Below are positions 25,878 to 39,439 of a stretch of DNA of 64,000 nucleotides, piece after piece. The DNA is taken from assembly GCA_964016885.1 (NCBI GenBank), contig OZ024740.1, forward strand, positions 183,892,001 through 183,956,000, read 5' to 3'. Made by a program: the position numbers and the translations under genes. Numbering within the stretch: the first letter of the stretch is position 1; each line of letters opens with the position of its first letter. This DNA is from Eledone cirrhosa. Lineage: Eukaryota. The notes below the pieces were generated by a model. That model saw only the letters and a program-made list of their open reading frames with translations. It made no database searches and was not told the origin of the DNA.

Positions 25878-26908
25878 TTAACTGTATACTTTGTGAAAAG
25901 TTCTATGGAATTTATGCAGGCAGATAGAAAACAAATCGGTGCGTCTATTTATTATAGAATCTAGGTTAGAGATAATGGTAAATTTTTCATTTAGGCAGAG
26001 ATTACAGATTTTAGATAGAGAGCTGTTCAAGTATGAGGATGCAGAAGAAATCTTCTTCCAAAATATGGTATATTTAATGTTTTTGTCTTTTAAGGACCAT
26101 ATGAGTTCTGAGAGAGCAGTGTTAGTTCTTTTAAGTTTGTATTTGAAAGATGAATGATGATTATGGAGACGAGCTTTAAAAGAGGTGGAAGTGGAGCCAA
26201 AATATGTGAAGGAATTGGTGCTAGTTATAATTTTACATTCATAAATTAAGTTTTTATCGAGACAATGGTTGTTGAGAGGACATTTATTTTTAATGCGGCA
26301 GTTGCAATTAGAGAGATTATTAATGAGTGATCTAGTGTTATCTATAGAAGGAATTGGATTGGAGAAGTTGTTTGCGATAGGAATAATAGGAATAATAGTT
26401 TCTTGATTTAGAGTTGGATTATGAACATTTAGCGAAGTTGTGTTTGACGTTGTATTTGGGTTTACAGAAGTTAGCCTAGGGTTTACAATGACGTCGGGAG
26501 TACTATTACTGTTATTATGAAATTCAATATTGGAAGGAAGAGATTTAGTATTTAGTATTTTATTGTTGTGTTTAGAGATGATGTTGGAAATATTGGAGGA
26601 TGTAGAATACGAAAATTTGATGGTGTGTTTGTTAAATACTTTACTATAGATATGTGAGGAAGGGAAGCATTTATTTAAGGCACTAAAAAATAATTTAGGA
26701 ATATTGTTATTAATAGAGATGGAGAAAGGAGCATTATACCAGATTATGTTTTTGTATCTAGGTCTTTTATTAAAATTATTGGAATGGTCATGATTAATTA
26801 TTCTACTGTAAGTTTTTCTAGAATTTGTTTCTTTACTATATTTGATTTTATCTGGATAGCCGGCTTTAGAAAGTGCGTTATTATAGTAATTGGCGTTAGC
26901 ATCAAATA
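25878..26908 (-). CDS. C-terminal part of PLE polyprotein: RT thumb/linker + GIY-YIG endonuclease (possibly Naiad-type)
   Basis: IIWYNAPFS, CNCRIKNKCPLNNHC, LIYECKI..TYFGST (GIY-YIG equivalent), FKARLHNH, CNLCLNEK. The listed start codon comes from the palindrome junction. Confidence 0.85.
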
Positions 26909-26914
26909 AAAACA

Positions 26915-27925
26915 TATTTGATGCTAACGCCAATTACTATAATAACGCACTTTCTAAAGCCGGCTATCCAGATAAAATCAAATATAGTAAAGAAACACAT
27001 TCTAGAAAAACTTACAGTAGAATAATTAATCATGACCATTACAATAATTTTAATAAAAGACCTAGATACAAAAACATAATCTGGTATAATGCTCCTTTCT
27101 CCATCTCTATTAATAACAATATTCCTAAATAAATGCTTCCCTTCCTCACATATCTATAGTAAAGTATTTAACAAACACACCATCAAATTTTCGTATTCTA
27201 CATCCTCCAATATTTCCAACATCATCTCTAAACACAACAATAAAATATTAAATACTAAATCTCTTCCTTCCAATATTGAATTTCATAATAACAGTAATAG
27301 TACTCCCGACGTCATTGTAAACCCTAGGCTAACTTCTGTAAACCCAAATACAACGTCAAACACAACTTCGCTAAATGTTCATAATCCAACTCTAAATCAA
27401 GAAACTATTATTCCTATTATTCCTATCGCAAACAACTTCTCCAATCCAATTCCTTCTATAGATAACACTAGATCACTCATTAATAATCTCTCTAATTGCA
27501 ACTGCCGCATTAAAAATAAATGTCCTCTCAACAACCATTGTCTCGATAAAAACTTAATTTATGAATGTAAAATTATAACTAGCACCAATTCCTTCACATA
27601 TTTTGGCTCCACTTCCACCTCTTTTAAAGCTCGTCTCTATAATCATCATTCATCTTTCAAATACAAACTTAAAAGAACTAACACTGCTCTCTCAGAACTC
27701 ATATGGTCCTTAAAAGACAAAAACATTAAATATACCATCTTTTGGAAGAAGATTTCTTCTGCATCCTCATACTTGAACAGCTCTCTATCTAAAATCTGTA
27801 ATCTCTGCCTAAATGAAAAATTTACCATTATCTCTAACCTAGATTCTATAATAAATAGACGCACCGATTTGTTTTCTATCTGCCTGCATAAATTCCATAG
27901 AACTTTTCACAAAGTATACAGTTAA
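26915..27925 (+). pseudogene. Mirror copy of the PLE GIY-YIG ORF, frameshifted by a ~20 bp deletion near 27130
   Basis: ORFs 26890-27132 and 27089-27925 together reproduce the left-arm protein. The deletion lies between TAAAT microhomologies. Confidence 0.88.
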
Positions 27926-28965
27926 TATTCAATTCTTTATCAATTTAGAATCTTTTCTCAAAGGCACATATACATACACCTCTTTAAAATATGCCCATCT
28001 ACCTTACTTTAAAGGGCATTATGCACTCTATAATACTTGTTTACTCATTACCCTCATTCTATCTTCACCTTGTAAAATCATAACATATACATTTGTTATT
28101 TTTGACGTTAGAATATTCATCCGCAACCATTATTATTTTTTCTCTCTATCATAAATCTTTTTAATCTCAATTTCATCCTTAATTTATTATTATTATTATT
28201 ATTTTTTTTTTTTTTTCTCCCCATCAACGAACTCATTATTAATACATATTAACTCTTTATTCGCATATATTATCAATTCAATCAATATACAAACTTTAAC
28301 TTCACATTATTTTTCTCAAATCCTTCTACACACAAACCTTAATAATTTTTCTCTTCGTTAATTTTGAAATTGCCACAATACATTAATTTCTCTTTTTTTG
28401 ACGTTAGAATATTCATCCACAATTATTATTTTTTTTTTCTCTCTATCTTCATACATAATTTCTCAATGTTAATTTTCAAATTCCTTCAATTTATACATTA
28501 TCTTCCAACGGTTCCCAACCTCTCTATGTTAAAACAATATATCTTTTTCTCAGTTATAAAAACTATCTCTTTCTCTCTATCACCCATCTCTCCCTCTCCA
28601 CCTTCACTCTCATCTCCTCCCCCTTTTTTTCATCCTTCCCCCCCCCCTCCCTAAATAAAATATTTTTTTCCTCGCACATATCCTCCCTTGGTTAATTTTC
28701 AAAATGTTTAATTTATACATTATCTTCCAATGGTTTTCAACCTCTCTATATAAAACAATATATCTCCTCTCAGTTATAAAAACTATCTCTTTCTCTCTAT
28801 CACCCATCTCTCCCTCTCATCTCCTTCCCTTTTCATCTCCCCCCCCCCTCTGTAAATAAAATATTTTTCCCAATATCACACATCAATCTAAAACCACTTT
28901 TCATATGTTGATTTAAAACTGCACTATCCACAAGTGTTATTTAGCCTTCATATCATGTTCTCCTG

Positions 28966-29032
28966 TTTTATCTGATGAAAACACAAATATTATTGCATGA
29001 TGATGTTTGTTTTTGAAATGCGCATAATAAAA
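28966..29032 (+). ncRNA. Type I hammerhead ribozyme (PLE family 1)
   Basis: UUUUAU-CUGAUGA-[long stem II AAACACAAAUAUU..GAUGUUUGUUUUU]-GAAA-UGCGCA-UA-AUAAAA. Perfect 6 bp stem I and palindromic stem III. Confidence 0.87.
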
Positions 29033-29160
29033 TACATGGAACTCCTTTAACCATCTTTTGATCTTATATTATGCATACTCCAGTCCTACAAACTGTAGAG
29101 TGCTTCTTATCCGATATCTGCATTGCTTTATTGTACTACAATAAAACTCACCTCCTACAT

Positions 29161-29275
<115 letters not shown>

Positions 29276-29276
29276 G

Positions 29277-29322
<46 letters not shown>

Positions 29323-29796
29323 TAGATATATAATAATAATTATAATAATATTATATAACTATAAACAGGAAAGGTCAGTAACTCATTTCTACCCTATTAC
29401 CAGTAAGACAAATAGCTCAATGTAAATACATCAGATGGTTTACAAACGTTTGCATGTGTACTGTTAAGGTCCTCGTTTTACGAGTAACTTTTTATCTTAA
29501 TGTCTCTTTAAGTATCTCTACTATTCTCTTGTAATCTCTGTGGCATACATTCCACTCTGTGACTCTTTAATTATTATACAATTCTCTTGTAATTTCTGTC
29601 ACATCCACTCCACTCTGTAAATACGAAACTGTTGATGTCAACATTAATATCCATGTATCTATATGATTGTTCAGTTGAATAGGAAGTTAATTATATGTCC
29701 AAACTTTGCTAGTGCTCCGATAATTCCAAAGGAACATTTGGAGGAAACGATTATCAGCAATAAAATGATTTGAACATAGTTTTGATTATTGTGTAA

Positions 29797-29872
<76 letters not shown>

Positions 29873-29873
<1 letters not shown>

Positions 29874-30480
29874 TAGCCGAATTACCCGTGGCATGCTGCA
29901 TTTCACACATTTTTCTTGTAAAAACATGCCATGACTGAAACATAGGTTTGTCAGATTTATACCAATAGTTTTGAAAGTTTGACCTTGACTGTTATTGATG
30001 CTCATGGCAAATCATGGCCTCACTGGGAACTGCAGCCTCTTAAATATAAAAGACAACTCGCTATCACTTGGTATAAGTGGAATCATCGGAGTGAGAAGAG
30101 GTTGATCTTTGTATGCACTGAATATAATGGTTGCTTCAATCAAGTTCTCATGCAATCTTGTTACAACACATCTTGTTAGATTTATTGGCCAAAATGTCCA
30201 CTATATGGCGTTTAACCCCCTTTTCGGTGTCTTAGTAATATTGAAATTTGCTGAAATTCTGTGAATGGGCAGGATATCCTGTCATTTATGTATGGTTTAA
30301 ATTTCATATATATCGAAGAGAAAACCTGTCAGCGGGGTTTGTGCCCCCGGGGAACTCCCCAGGAAACCCTTTGATTAAAATGAAACAGTACCAAGTACCC
30401 TAGGTAATATAGTTTCAGAGTATATATAGTTATGGGAGTCTATCTCCAAAACCATAGGAGGATTTCGTGAATATATATAC
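29873..30480 (-). mobile_element. Non-autonomous Helitron remnant carrying a PIF1-like helicase C-terminal fragment
   Basis: Minus strand ..KRLQFPVRP..AMSINNSQGQTFKTIGINLTNLCFSHG resembles Helitron helicase motifs V-VI. 3' terminus ..GCCACGGGTAATTCGG-CTAG|TA. The 5' boundary is approximate. Confidence 0.8.
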
Positions 30481-30846
30481 AACAGTAACATTACACGAAT
30501 CTAGTCTGCAGTGTTGCTGTTTATATTCAGGTCATTCCTGATTCAGTACAATTATGGTCGGATGCGTCCCAGGTGAGGTGATTTCATTTTCTGGTAAATA
30601 TGAGGCTGTATATCCTTCTGTAAGTAGCTACAATGTGATTTGACAAAGATATGGTTGTTATTTCTAGCATGTAGAGGCTCATAATAGTCGGTGGCTCATT
30701 GATCTTTAATGTATTCTGCCAACCTATTTCTTTTAACAAGTGTATTTATTCTTCTACAAACACATTTTCGATGGAGTCGGATTGTGATACTTTGATAATT
30801 CAATGTGCTTCCCTAAGTTATCATATAAATAATAGCGTGACTTAAT

Positions 30847-30847
<1 letters not shown>

Positions 30848-30900
<53 letters not shown>

Positions 30901-30978
30901 CGGTCGCACGCACACACACATACACGCACACGCACACACACACACACACACACACATACACACACACACACACACACT

Positions 30979-31063
<85 letters not shown>

Positions 31064-31064
31064 A
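30848..31064. repeat. Compound (CA)n/(TA)n microsatellite
   Basis: Directly visible. Confidence 0.98.
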
Positions 31065-31854
31065 TTTCGACAGATAGAAATAATAGAACAGAACGTATTC
31101 AAACCAGCTGCGGTAGAGAAAAGTGAACGTAATACAGGGAATTAAATGAAATACAAAGAGCAATTCACTTTTATTTCTTTTCTGCTGACTGCTAATGGCC
31201 TTAGAGAGAACATCATTTGCATATTCCTACAGATATGCACTTTCTTTTCTGATAGTAAGTTAAATTGTTGTATCTTTTATTTGCTTTTAGTGTACTAAAT
31301 TCTGGATTGCGACAAGTCATAGAAACTTTATAATGTAAATTATCTGCAATTTTATTTTATTTTTACGTTACACGAACTTCCAAATAAGATTTTACTTAAG
31401 TTGTCTGTACAGAAGTTTGTGTTTATTCCTTTTATCATTGACAAGCTAGGATTTATCTTCTTGACAATGTTTGAAAATTTATTTTATACTCCTGTCAAAT
31501 AATAGATTTCTTCAGGAATTGTGTTTTGGAATAACAAATGATCATTTTACATTGGGAGGGAAACATGCATATCACATATAAAGGAAAATACTTACAAGAA
31601 CCAATTTGGTAAACTTAGGTAGCTATTGTGGTATTTAAAATATTTAATTCATTACTGTGTGATACTCATGCAGCGTATCTAACGCATGCGAACCCGAAGA
31701 ATGAACATATTCGTTCGTATTCAAACTGTAGGCACAAGAGTCAGAAGCATGACTAAAAAGTTAACAAAGCAATTGCTAATATTACATTGATCTCCCAGCT
31801 TACAAGAGTAAGCAATTCTCTCTCTCTCTCCCTCCACACACATGTATGTGTGTA

Positions 31855-31895
<41 letters not shown>

Positions 31896-32299
31896 GAGAG
31901 TTTGTGCGAGAGTTTGTGGCTGTGTGTGAGTGTGTAAGTCATCCTAGCTTTGGTTGATTTTCACGTTGGAGTTAATGTTGCATTCTCGAACCACGTTAGA
32001 TGATTTTATCGCAAGTACGCATTTCAGCGGATCCTATCAGAAGCAACCGCCTCCAATTGATCCGGCTGAATCCCCAAGTGAGATCAAGAGTCCATCCATG
32101 TTATTTAACTATCTTGCTCGATATCTACCCCTAGGTCTCATGCCGGTTAGTTTTGCCCATAAAATCTGTCCAGCGATTATTTCATAAGATGTTCTAACCA
32201 CATGCTCGTAAATATTGGAACTGAGACCTCACAATCCGTAGTAGGGGCTCTAACTTGTCTGACTCCCTGATCCCCGCGCTACGAGTAACATTACACCAA

Positions 32300-32505
32300 A
32301 GACCCTTCGGGGCAGTGTTCATCAGTGATGGAAGACATGAGACTAACTAAGTGCACGAATTGCATTAGCTGGTGCAGTAATGCACCAGTTTCAGCATTCG
32401 GTCATCAGAAGTGAGGAAGGTGTAAATGCCAAACGTGCTATCTTCAATTCCGCATTCGTGCCACTCCTTACCTATGGTCATGAATCTTCGGTAATGACCG
32501 AGGGA
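32300..32505 (+). mobile_element. RTE-type LINE RT fragment, decayed
   Basis: Reads GAVFISDGR...AKRAIFNSAFVPLLTYGHES; related to 39440-39660. Confidence 0.6.
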
Positions 32506-32974
32506 AACTAGGACTATATTGTTAGATATGTTTCCTTTATTTATAAGCCTGTAAAATACGATTTGACTGAGACTTGTCTGATATTTCTAACAGGTCAAGC
32601 CAAACGACCATTTAAAAGCGTCGCTCGATGATTTCCAGTTTACTTATTCAGCTTATGAAATATATGAATTTGGTTTGACTCGGCATAATGGTCTGATATA
32701 TTTAAAAGGAACTTTATCACGTTCATAGTTTCCCGATAGGAAAACTTCCACGACTGGCTTATAGAACTGTATGGTACGATTTCTCACCTGTTAATAGGAC
32801 AATATTATGGTATGATGTAAAAGTACGTAAGATAAAAAAACTAATTTCAGTGAATTGCTGTGTAGTGAGTAGTGAAAATTCCGTTTAGGCACATAGAGGA
32901 AGAAGGAAGAAAGAAAGAGAGATAGAAACACACAGGTGTCACGATGATACAACAACTGTGCTTGTCTCTAGATA

Positions 32975-33100
32975 TTAATTTCTAATATAAGTAGAAGACT
33001 GAACATTTTGGAAGAGTAAAATGTCGATTATATCGACCCCACTTGGTTACTTTTTATTTTATCGACTTCGGAAAGACGAAAAGCAAAGTCGACCCAAGTA
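32975..33100 (-). mobile_element. SINE fragment
   Basis: GTCGATTATATCGACCCC..TTTTATCGAC..GAAAAGCAAAGTCGACC. Confidence 0.6.
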
Positions 33101-34216
33101 AAATAAACGTATTTCTAATTGATATTTTTATTAATCCTACGCATTAACGATTTACAATATCTTTTGAAAATTATTAGACTTATATTTCCCTTTCTATTGA
33201 AAATAGATAATAAAATCGTTTATGTCAGATCAACACATTTATTCTTATATTCTTATGCTGACTTTAATCATTGTACTGATGTCACTGTCTGGGTGGTTTT
33301 AAGTTAACAATATCGACCACATTACATTGTCTTGTAGTTATTTTAACGATACGGGAAAAGGGAGGAAGACGAAAGGTGGAATCAATCGGGCATAATGATA
33401 AGTAATCAAGATGAAACACTATACGACATGTTGTTTTAGTTCGACACACCGATTATCTTCCTACCGATTATCTTCCTATTTAATACATGAAGATTTTCGT
33501 TACAGTTGTTAATCGAATGTACTATTGTGCTGCCAACTCATATTAAATTGTCTGTTAAAATGTATAAAAGAACTCTTAATAACATGGTGGAGTAGGACAG
33601 AATCAGTATGGCAATAAATGAAAATGTTAGTGACATGGTCCCGTCTAATGTCGTCATGGCTCAAGTTTGCCGTTCAGCCTTATGATGTCGAAGGAATAAG
33701 ATTCAGCCCAGAATATGAGATTAATCAATTAAAACTTTGACGGTGTTGCCTAACATGCTAAAAATCAATTAATTGAAATCAGTGAAACAGTGTTCTCTTC
33801 TTTGCACTATTTGTGTATTACTGCTTTATATTTTTGAGACGAGGAATTATTTACATTATATACATTGGACGGATAGGTGTCCTCATCTTGTTTTGTTGTT
33901 AACACAAAGTTTCGGCAGATGTACTCTCCATCATGTGTGTATTGTCTAAATGATATTATCAGGGTCGATAGAGCTGCTTGTAGGGATTGGCCTTGCGGCG
34001 CACAATGGCTCTTTTTAGCGTATCCCCCTCGTCATTCTTCGAGATTCGTCACAGCGTCTAACAGCTGCACTACGTTCTATGATATAATGAAATTGTGAAT
34101 TAACTTCTATCACCCAAGAAACGAGGATATTATTGCTTAATATAGTTCTTCGAACACAAAAGATGATGATGTCTTAGTTTGTAAAAACAACTTTGTTTTT
34201 CAGCGATCTAAATAAT

Positions 34217-34425
34217 GGTTTCTGATTTAGACACAAGGCTAAAACTCCGGGAGGAAGGGAAGTCGATTGAATCGACCTCAGTGCGTTACCAGTATTTTAT
34301 TTTATTGACCTTGTGGGGATGTAAGGCAGAGTTGTCCTCGGTCGGATTTGAACGTAAAGGGCCTTGACTATATGCTGCAAAGCCTGTTGTCAAACGCTCT
34401 ATCGATACTGCCAATAAACCACCCT
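34217..34425 (-). mobile_element. Full-length older SINE copy with decayed TSD
   Basis: Same core as other copies. Flanks AGCGATCTAAATAAT and AGTGACCTAAACAAC. Confidence 0.7.
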
Positions 34426-35859
34426 TAGTGACCTAAACAACATAATGTTAAAAATTAAACATATATAAAAATTACTGTTAGAATCGATATTGTTGGAGAT
34501 TTTGTTCCGCGTTGTTCCAAATAAATATATTAAATGGTCAATACCCAAGGGTAGATCTGATAGATGCAGAAACTTTAAAACTGTATGCAGATTAGTCTAA
34601 GAATAATGAAATTGGAAATGTATTTAAGTGTGAAGATACACCTTTAGCGGCACCATAGAAGGTAAGTTTAAATATAAAATATTCACTTGAATTCTCTGGC
34701 GAGTACAAATGTTTTACCAAGCAGCAGTATTCTGAATTTAACAAAATATGATTGTTTCCATATTATTTATTATTCATGTGATTGCTATAATAACAATAAC
34801 AACACAAGTAACAACAACGACGACAAGAAAACCACCAACAACAAAAGCTGCAGCAGCTACAACAACAACAACAACAACAGCATGAAATAGTAATAGAAGA
34901 ACGTATAGTCTTAGTGAACTGAGCCAAAGAACTAGTTTCAATTCCCGGTTGAGTGAGACAGACTCATTGCAATTATGCCACTAATAACTATAGAGAAAAC
35001 AGGGGCATTACATAATCTCTCTTCCCATTCTCTAAAATATAGTGCATTTTAATTTCGTGAAGCAACAAGGCAATATTACTTAACAGCTCTGAAATATTAT
35101 TACGTATATTACCAATAACAATGATAATTTCTCACAATTTAAATTTACTACAGTATTTAACTAGAATAGTTATTTTATCAATTCCAGTATTTCATGAAAA
35201 GCAAATTCCCCGAGACAGATGAGGAATTCGAACACCATATGAATGAAACTAATTACAGTTAGTAATCAAATCTGCAGGCGGTAATTTGAGTAGTTAAATC
35301 GCAGGATTGAATATTTTGCGATGTTCACTCCAGCTCTCTTCTCCCTGATTTCATTTTCCACCGAAATCAACTTTGCCTTTCATCATTGTGAGGTTGATAA
35401 AAATTAACCAATTCAATACCGGGATTGATTCCTCCTCTATATCATTTTCTGACTACATTATACTTACTCCCTCTTGCTCGCTTGCTCTAGAGAAAATTAG
35501 CCGTGATTAGACATGCAGAGGGATGTGTTTTGCGGCTCAATCTGGAATTAAAGGGCCAGGGACAATATAATCTCTTGCTCTATAATGTATGTTCCAATCG
35601 CTACCTCATATGCTAAGGACAATGATTTTTAAAATTATGATTTTCAGCTGAAAACACTACCATTCTTAATTCACTACGGATTGTTTTAATTGTTCAGTCC
35701 CACAACACCCCTGATGGATCTTACCTTTGAACAAAAGCTTTGCAGCTATAGCTATCAATTTTCATTTCATACACACATCATTGACCGATACATGTAGACT
35801 CCACACAGATTTTAATGATTAAGTAAGACTTCTGTCTGTTACTGTTACCGGGTAACCTA

Positions 35860-36140
35860 GTGCAACCTACTTCATGCTCGAGTCGTCGATGAATAAAACG
35901 GCTCCGCCGCCAAACACTAGTCGGATGAGGATGTTAGGTGGAACCCCAGCAGCATGAAAAGCAAGGGTGGATGAACTTCTCATAGTCAACGGCCACCCAC
36001 CCCAACTATGGGTCAAATAACTTCCCTAGCCTGCAATTCGCCAAGTGTAGTGTATACAGTGATACCCCTGACATAACTAAAACCAAATAGAAAGCGGTGA
36101 AGCTCACCCAAGGGAGGAGTACCGCCAACATGTGTTTTCC
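35860..36140 (+). repeat. Dispersed repeat homologous to 54080-54360, possibly a LINE 5' UTR
   Basis: Shared blocks CAACCT.CTTCAT, GTGGAACCCCAGCA, GTCAACGG.CA.CCAC, AACTATGGGT, AAAGCGGT. Confidence 0.6.
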
Positions 36141-37960
36141 GCATCACACCACCTAATCCATCACTAACACATCCTTGTATTTACATGAATTGAGTTGTCT
36201 GATCATTACCTTATTGCAGCTTTATCACACACATCCGCATACTACGCAACGCTCTCATCACCAACCTCTCACACCTTATAATACATAAAGGGAGTTTTAT
36301 TGAACGCCGCCGATTCTATATCAACTATCCTTGACATCACCTGTACAGTCGTCCAGATTCTTCAAAAGTATCCAGGTGGATCATTTTCCCCATCATCATA
36401 GGCATGACTATCCTCATCCCACACTTAATTTACATTCACCACTCCAAATACTCCAGGATATTCTCACATAACACCCCTGAAAATGCCACCATTAAAGAAA
36501 AGTGTTCTATAATGTTCGAGAAATAAGAAACCCTAACAACTAAACAGCTTCTTTCCAGTGATATAGCTCAAGCAAAGTCATCACCCGAACGCTGAATGAG
36601 ATCTTAGTGTATAACATAGCTTGCATCTGTTACTGCCTCAAAAATGTAGTCGTGAATTTTCTCCCTTCTCAAATGTAACAATCAACTTGCAGATTCATCT
36701 TTTTTTCAAAGATAGTGAGCATGCGGCAAGAATTCACGATTTTCGCTCGTTTTGCATCAACACTCGATAAATCTGCACATATTTACGCCAAATACGCTTT
36801 CACTTCTGGTTACTTCAAACAAGCAAGGCCACTAATTATGACAACATCGCCCCCATCACTCTCAAACAATACACACCAGAGCTATTTCCTATAAAACAGA
36901 GTTCCAGCAATCGCAGTGTGTTTGCTTATCTTTCTTCACCCAGTGATATATTTGTATATTTCAAAGCATAGTTCAGTGTAGGCTCTTCGCCTGAAGCTCA
37001 TTCATTTGACTCTGTCAACTAAAGTCTCGCGAAACAAACTTCTAAATTATCGAATATGATAGAGGAACCCATTACACTCAAACATCTCCTACACCTTTAA
37101 TTTCACACTTTCTTGGCTACCAGCACGGCTTTCATAAAGCTATATCTACTCGAGATCCAATTTCCTATGTTACACAGCAGTAGTTCTTACAATTGTGGAA
37201 TTTGATGGAAGCAATCTTTTTTTCAGACATCAGCAAAGTTTTCAACCGTAACTTGCATACTGTCGCCCGGCAAAACTAAACACGCATAAGCCCCATGTAC
37301 ATCTCTTGTCTTAGATCGATAGCTTCCTGTCAGATCACATTATCGGAGTGTTTTGGTAGACGTCCCTGACACGCAGTCTATCGATTCTAAAGTGTATTTT
37401 GGTTCAATTTTATCGCGCAACCTTTTTCTACGACCTACTTACTGACATTTCCACGCAGCCACTCCTACGTAGATAGTGTCAATTTTGCTAACCCTCTGCT
37501 CCTAATTATCATCCATAACATATCCGAATATATTTCCTGGTGAAAGCATTTCCGCAACAAGGCAATTTGACACAAGATGATTTGTAGCTTTGTCTTCAGA
37601 GCCAGAAAACACGTTATAACCCACGGACTCTCTACAGTGACAGAGTGGACCACATCCAAAAATGGTTTGCAAGATTGTGAAGCCAGTGCCACTACAGGCT
37701 AGCCTCTGATCTCCAGGTATAATGTTCTCTTTCTCCCTTTTCTGCGGCTACTGAAGTTGACCCTACTCTTCGATATTGTCTAGTCTTATATTGTGTCAAT
37801 CCAAACACTTCCTATTCACTCATGTGTCTGCATCCATATTATACTCCTCAAATAGACAGCAAAATGATCATGACCCACTCTGTCATGTCTTTCCTCTGTA
37901 TATCAATGCTATTCGGGAATTTCCCCTTGGTACACGTATACTCTACGATCATAATGCCGT
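36140..37960 (-). mobile_element. Heavily decayed LINE (RTE/CR1-like) remnant
   Basis: Purine-rich minus strand with faint RT/endonuclease-like words; no open frame. Confidence 0.35.
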
Positions 37961-39439
37961 TTGTTAGATCTCTGGACAGGCTGCTGTGTTGTGTTCTTGA
38001 GTAAAACACTTTATTTCATGTTGTTCCAGTACACTCAGCTGAGATAAGTACCAGCAGTAGCTGGGGAGTTAAAGCTGCGACAGACAAGTGTCCTGTCCAG
38101 GAGGAGTCTTCTACTCTCAGTCGATTAGCACCAAAGAGATGTAGCTAATTATTTTTCAGGAACATCAGCCACGTAGTTTACATTACAATTGGCGGACCTT
38201 CGACGATCGAACCAATATAAAATAGCATTCTGCCTTGACTTTGTTTTCGATGATATTTACATATTTATCTCAATTATTTCACAGAAAAACGCTTAATGTT
38301 TCCATGTAGGAAAATTCCTTTTTTGAATTTTCTTTTCTATTTGTTAGCTTCACGAAAATGGTAGATTTGTTTTATCTTCAGAGAATGAATTTCCCATTGG
38401 TGTTATATGAGTATCTATGTACTATTTCTGTAAAGTGAAATCAGTTGCATGTCAAAGTAATTCAGACTATTGCAAATTTGATTCTTAATTGAACCCCTGA
38501 GATATCCCATGTCACCGATAACAATTTCTCATTCGTTCAATAGTACGTAATTAGGTCACATCATTATCATAGAATACTCCCACAGGTAATGATATGGTGA
38601 TATATCTTAACAAGTACAGGACTTAAAAGAGTTTCATGTTAGTTATGAACACTAGCTGTTCTCTAGATACTTCAATCTATTAATTGTATCCTTTTCACTT
38701 TAATATTTAATAATGTGTTTCGGGCGTTCTATACTTTTTCACATTGTAGTGCCTAAGTCACACGTGAATTTAATTTGAAGGGTTCTTTAAATTGTTAGAG
38801 AATGTATTTTACGAACAGCCAAGTGATTTATTATACATGGATATAAAAAAAAGTCCGTATTTCACAAGTCAAAGTGCTGGAACATTTATTCACAGCATTG
38901 AAATTGTGACCACAACATTAGATTAAATAAATTTATAACAAACAATTTTGTCTTTGCTAAGAACAGTTTACGCCAACTACATTGGCATTATATCAACATG
39001 ATAATGCTCCAGCTCATACTAACAAAATTGTTCAAAACGTATCTCCAAGCTCATTAAAATCATTTTTTATTGTAGCCTGGAGTGTTGCCAGGCATGAATT
39101 TATAGTGAATCATAACGTCAAAGCTGAAATGTAGAACCTTTGAATACGATAACATTTTATTTGTAGCATTTTAGGAGGAGTTGGTACAAAATGAGGAGCT
39201 GAATATCTGAGAGATCATCCCCAACATATAGTTAATAGGATATAAAAACTATAAGTTACATGAATATAACATTTCTGTTATTAATTATCCTTTTAAAAAG
39301 TAATGTGGATGCATTATCCTAATTTAACACGTTTGGAGTATTTCCGTTTTTTGTTAAGGTTTATGATGAAGCAGACTTATGATCAAATCTGTAGACTTTC
39401 TTACGAAATATTTTATATATTTAAAATTGTCGGATGGAT

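Larger units (their letters stand above)
24541..29160. mobile_element. 4.5 kb palindrome of two 5'-truncated Penelope-like elements (family 1) joined 5'-to-5', inserted in (TA)n
   Basis: Arms 24541-26908 and 26915-29072 are near-identical inverted repeats around a 6 nt spacer (AAAACA). Each arm has a GIY-YIG ORF and a hammerhead. Confidence 0.93.

Noticed and set aside
26890-26933. Overlapping divergent ORFs both starting MALASN, suggesting a bidirectional gene pair
   Set aside because: The starts are created by reading across the palindrome centre; the protein is a 5'-truncated PLE ORF.
27930-29160. SECIS or selenoprotein coding in the family-1 PLE
   Set aside because: No in-frame TGA at conserved cysteines in the visible ORF.
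33835-33945. Possible minus-strand hammerhead remnant (..ATGATGG..GCCGAAAC) in an old PLE-like repeat
   Set aside because: The core is too degenerate to call from this copy.
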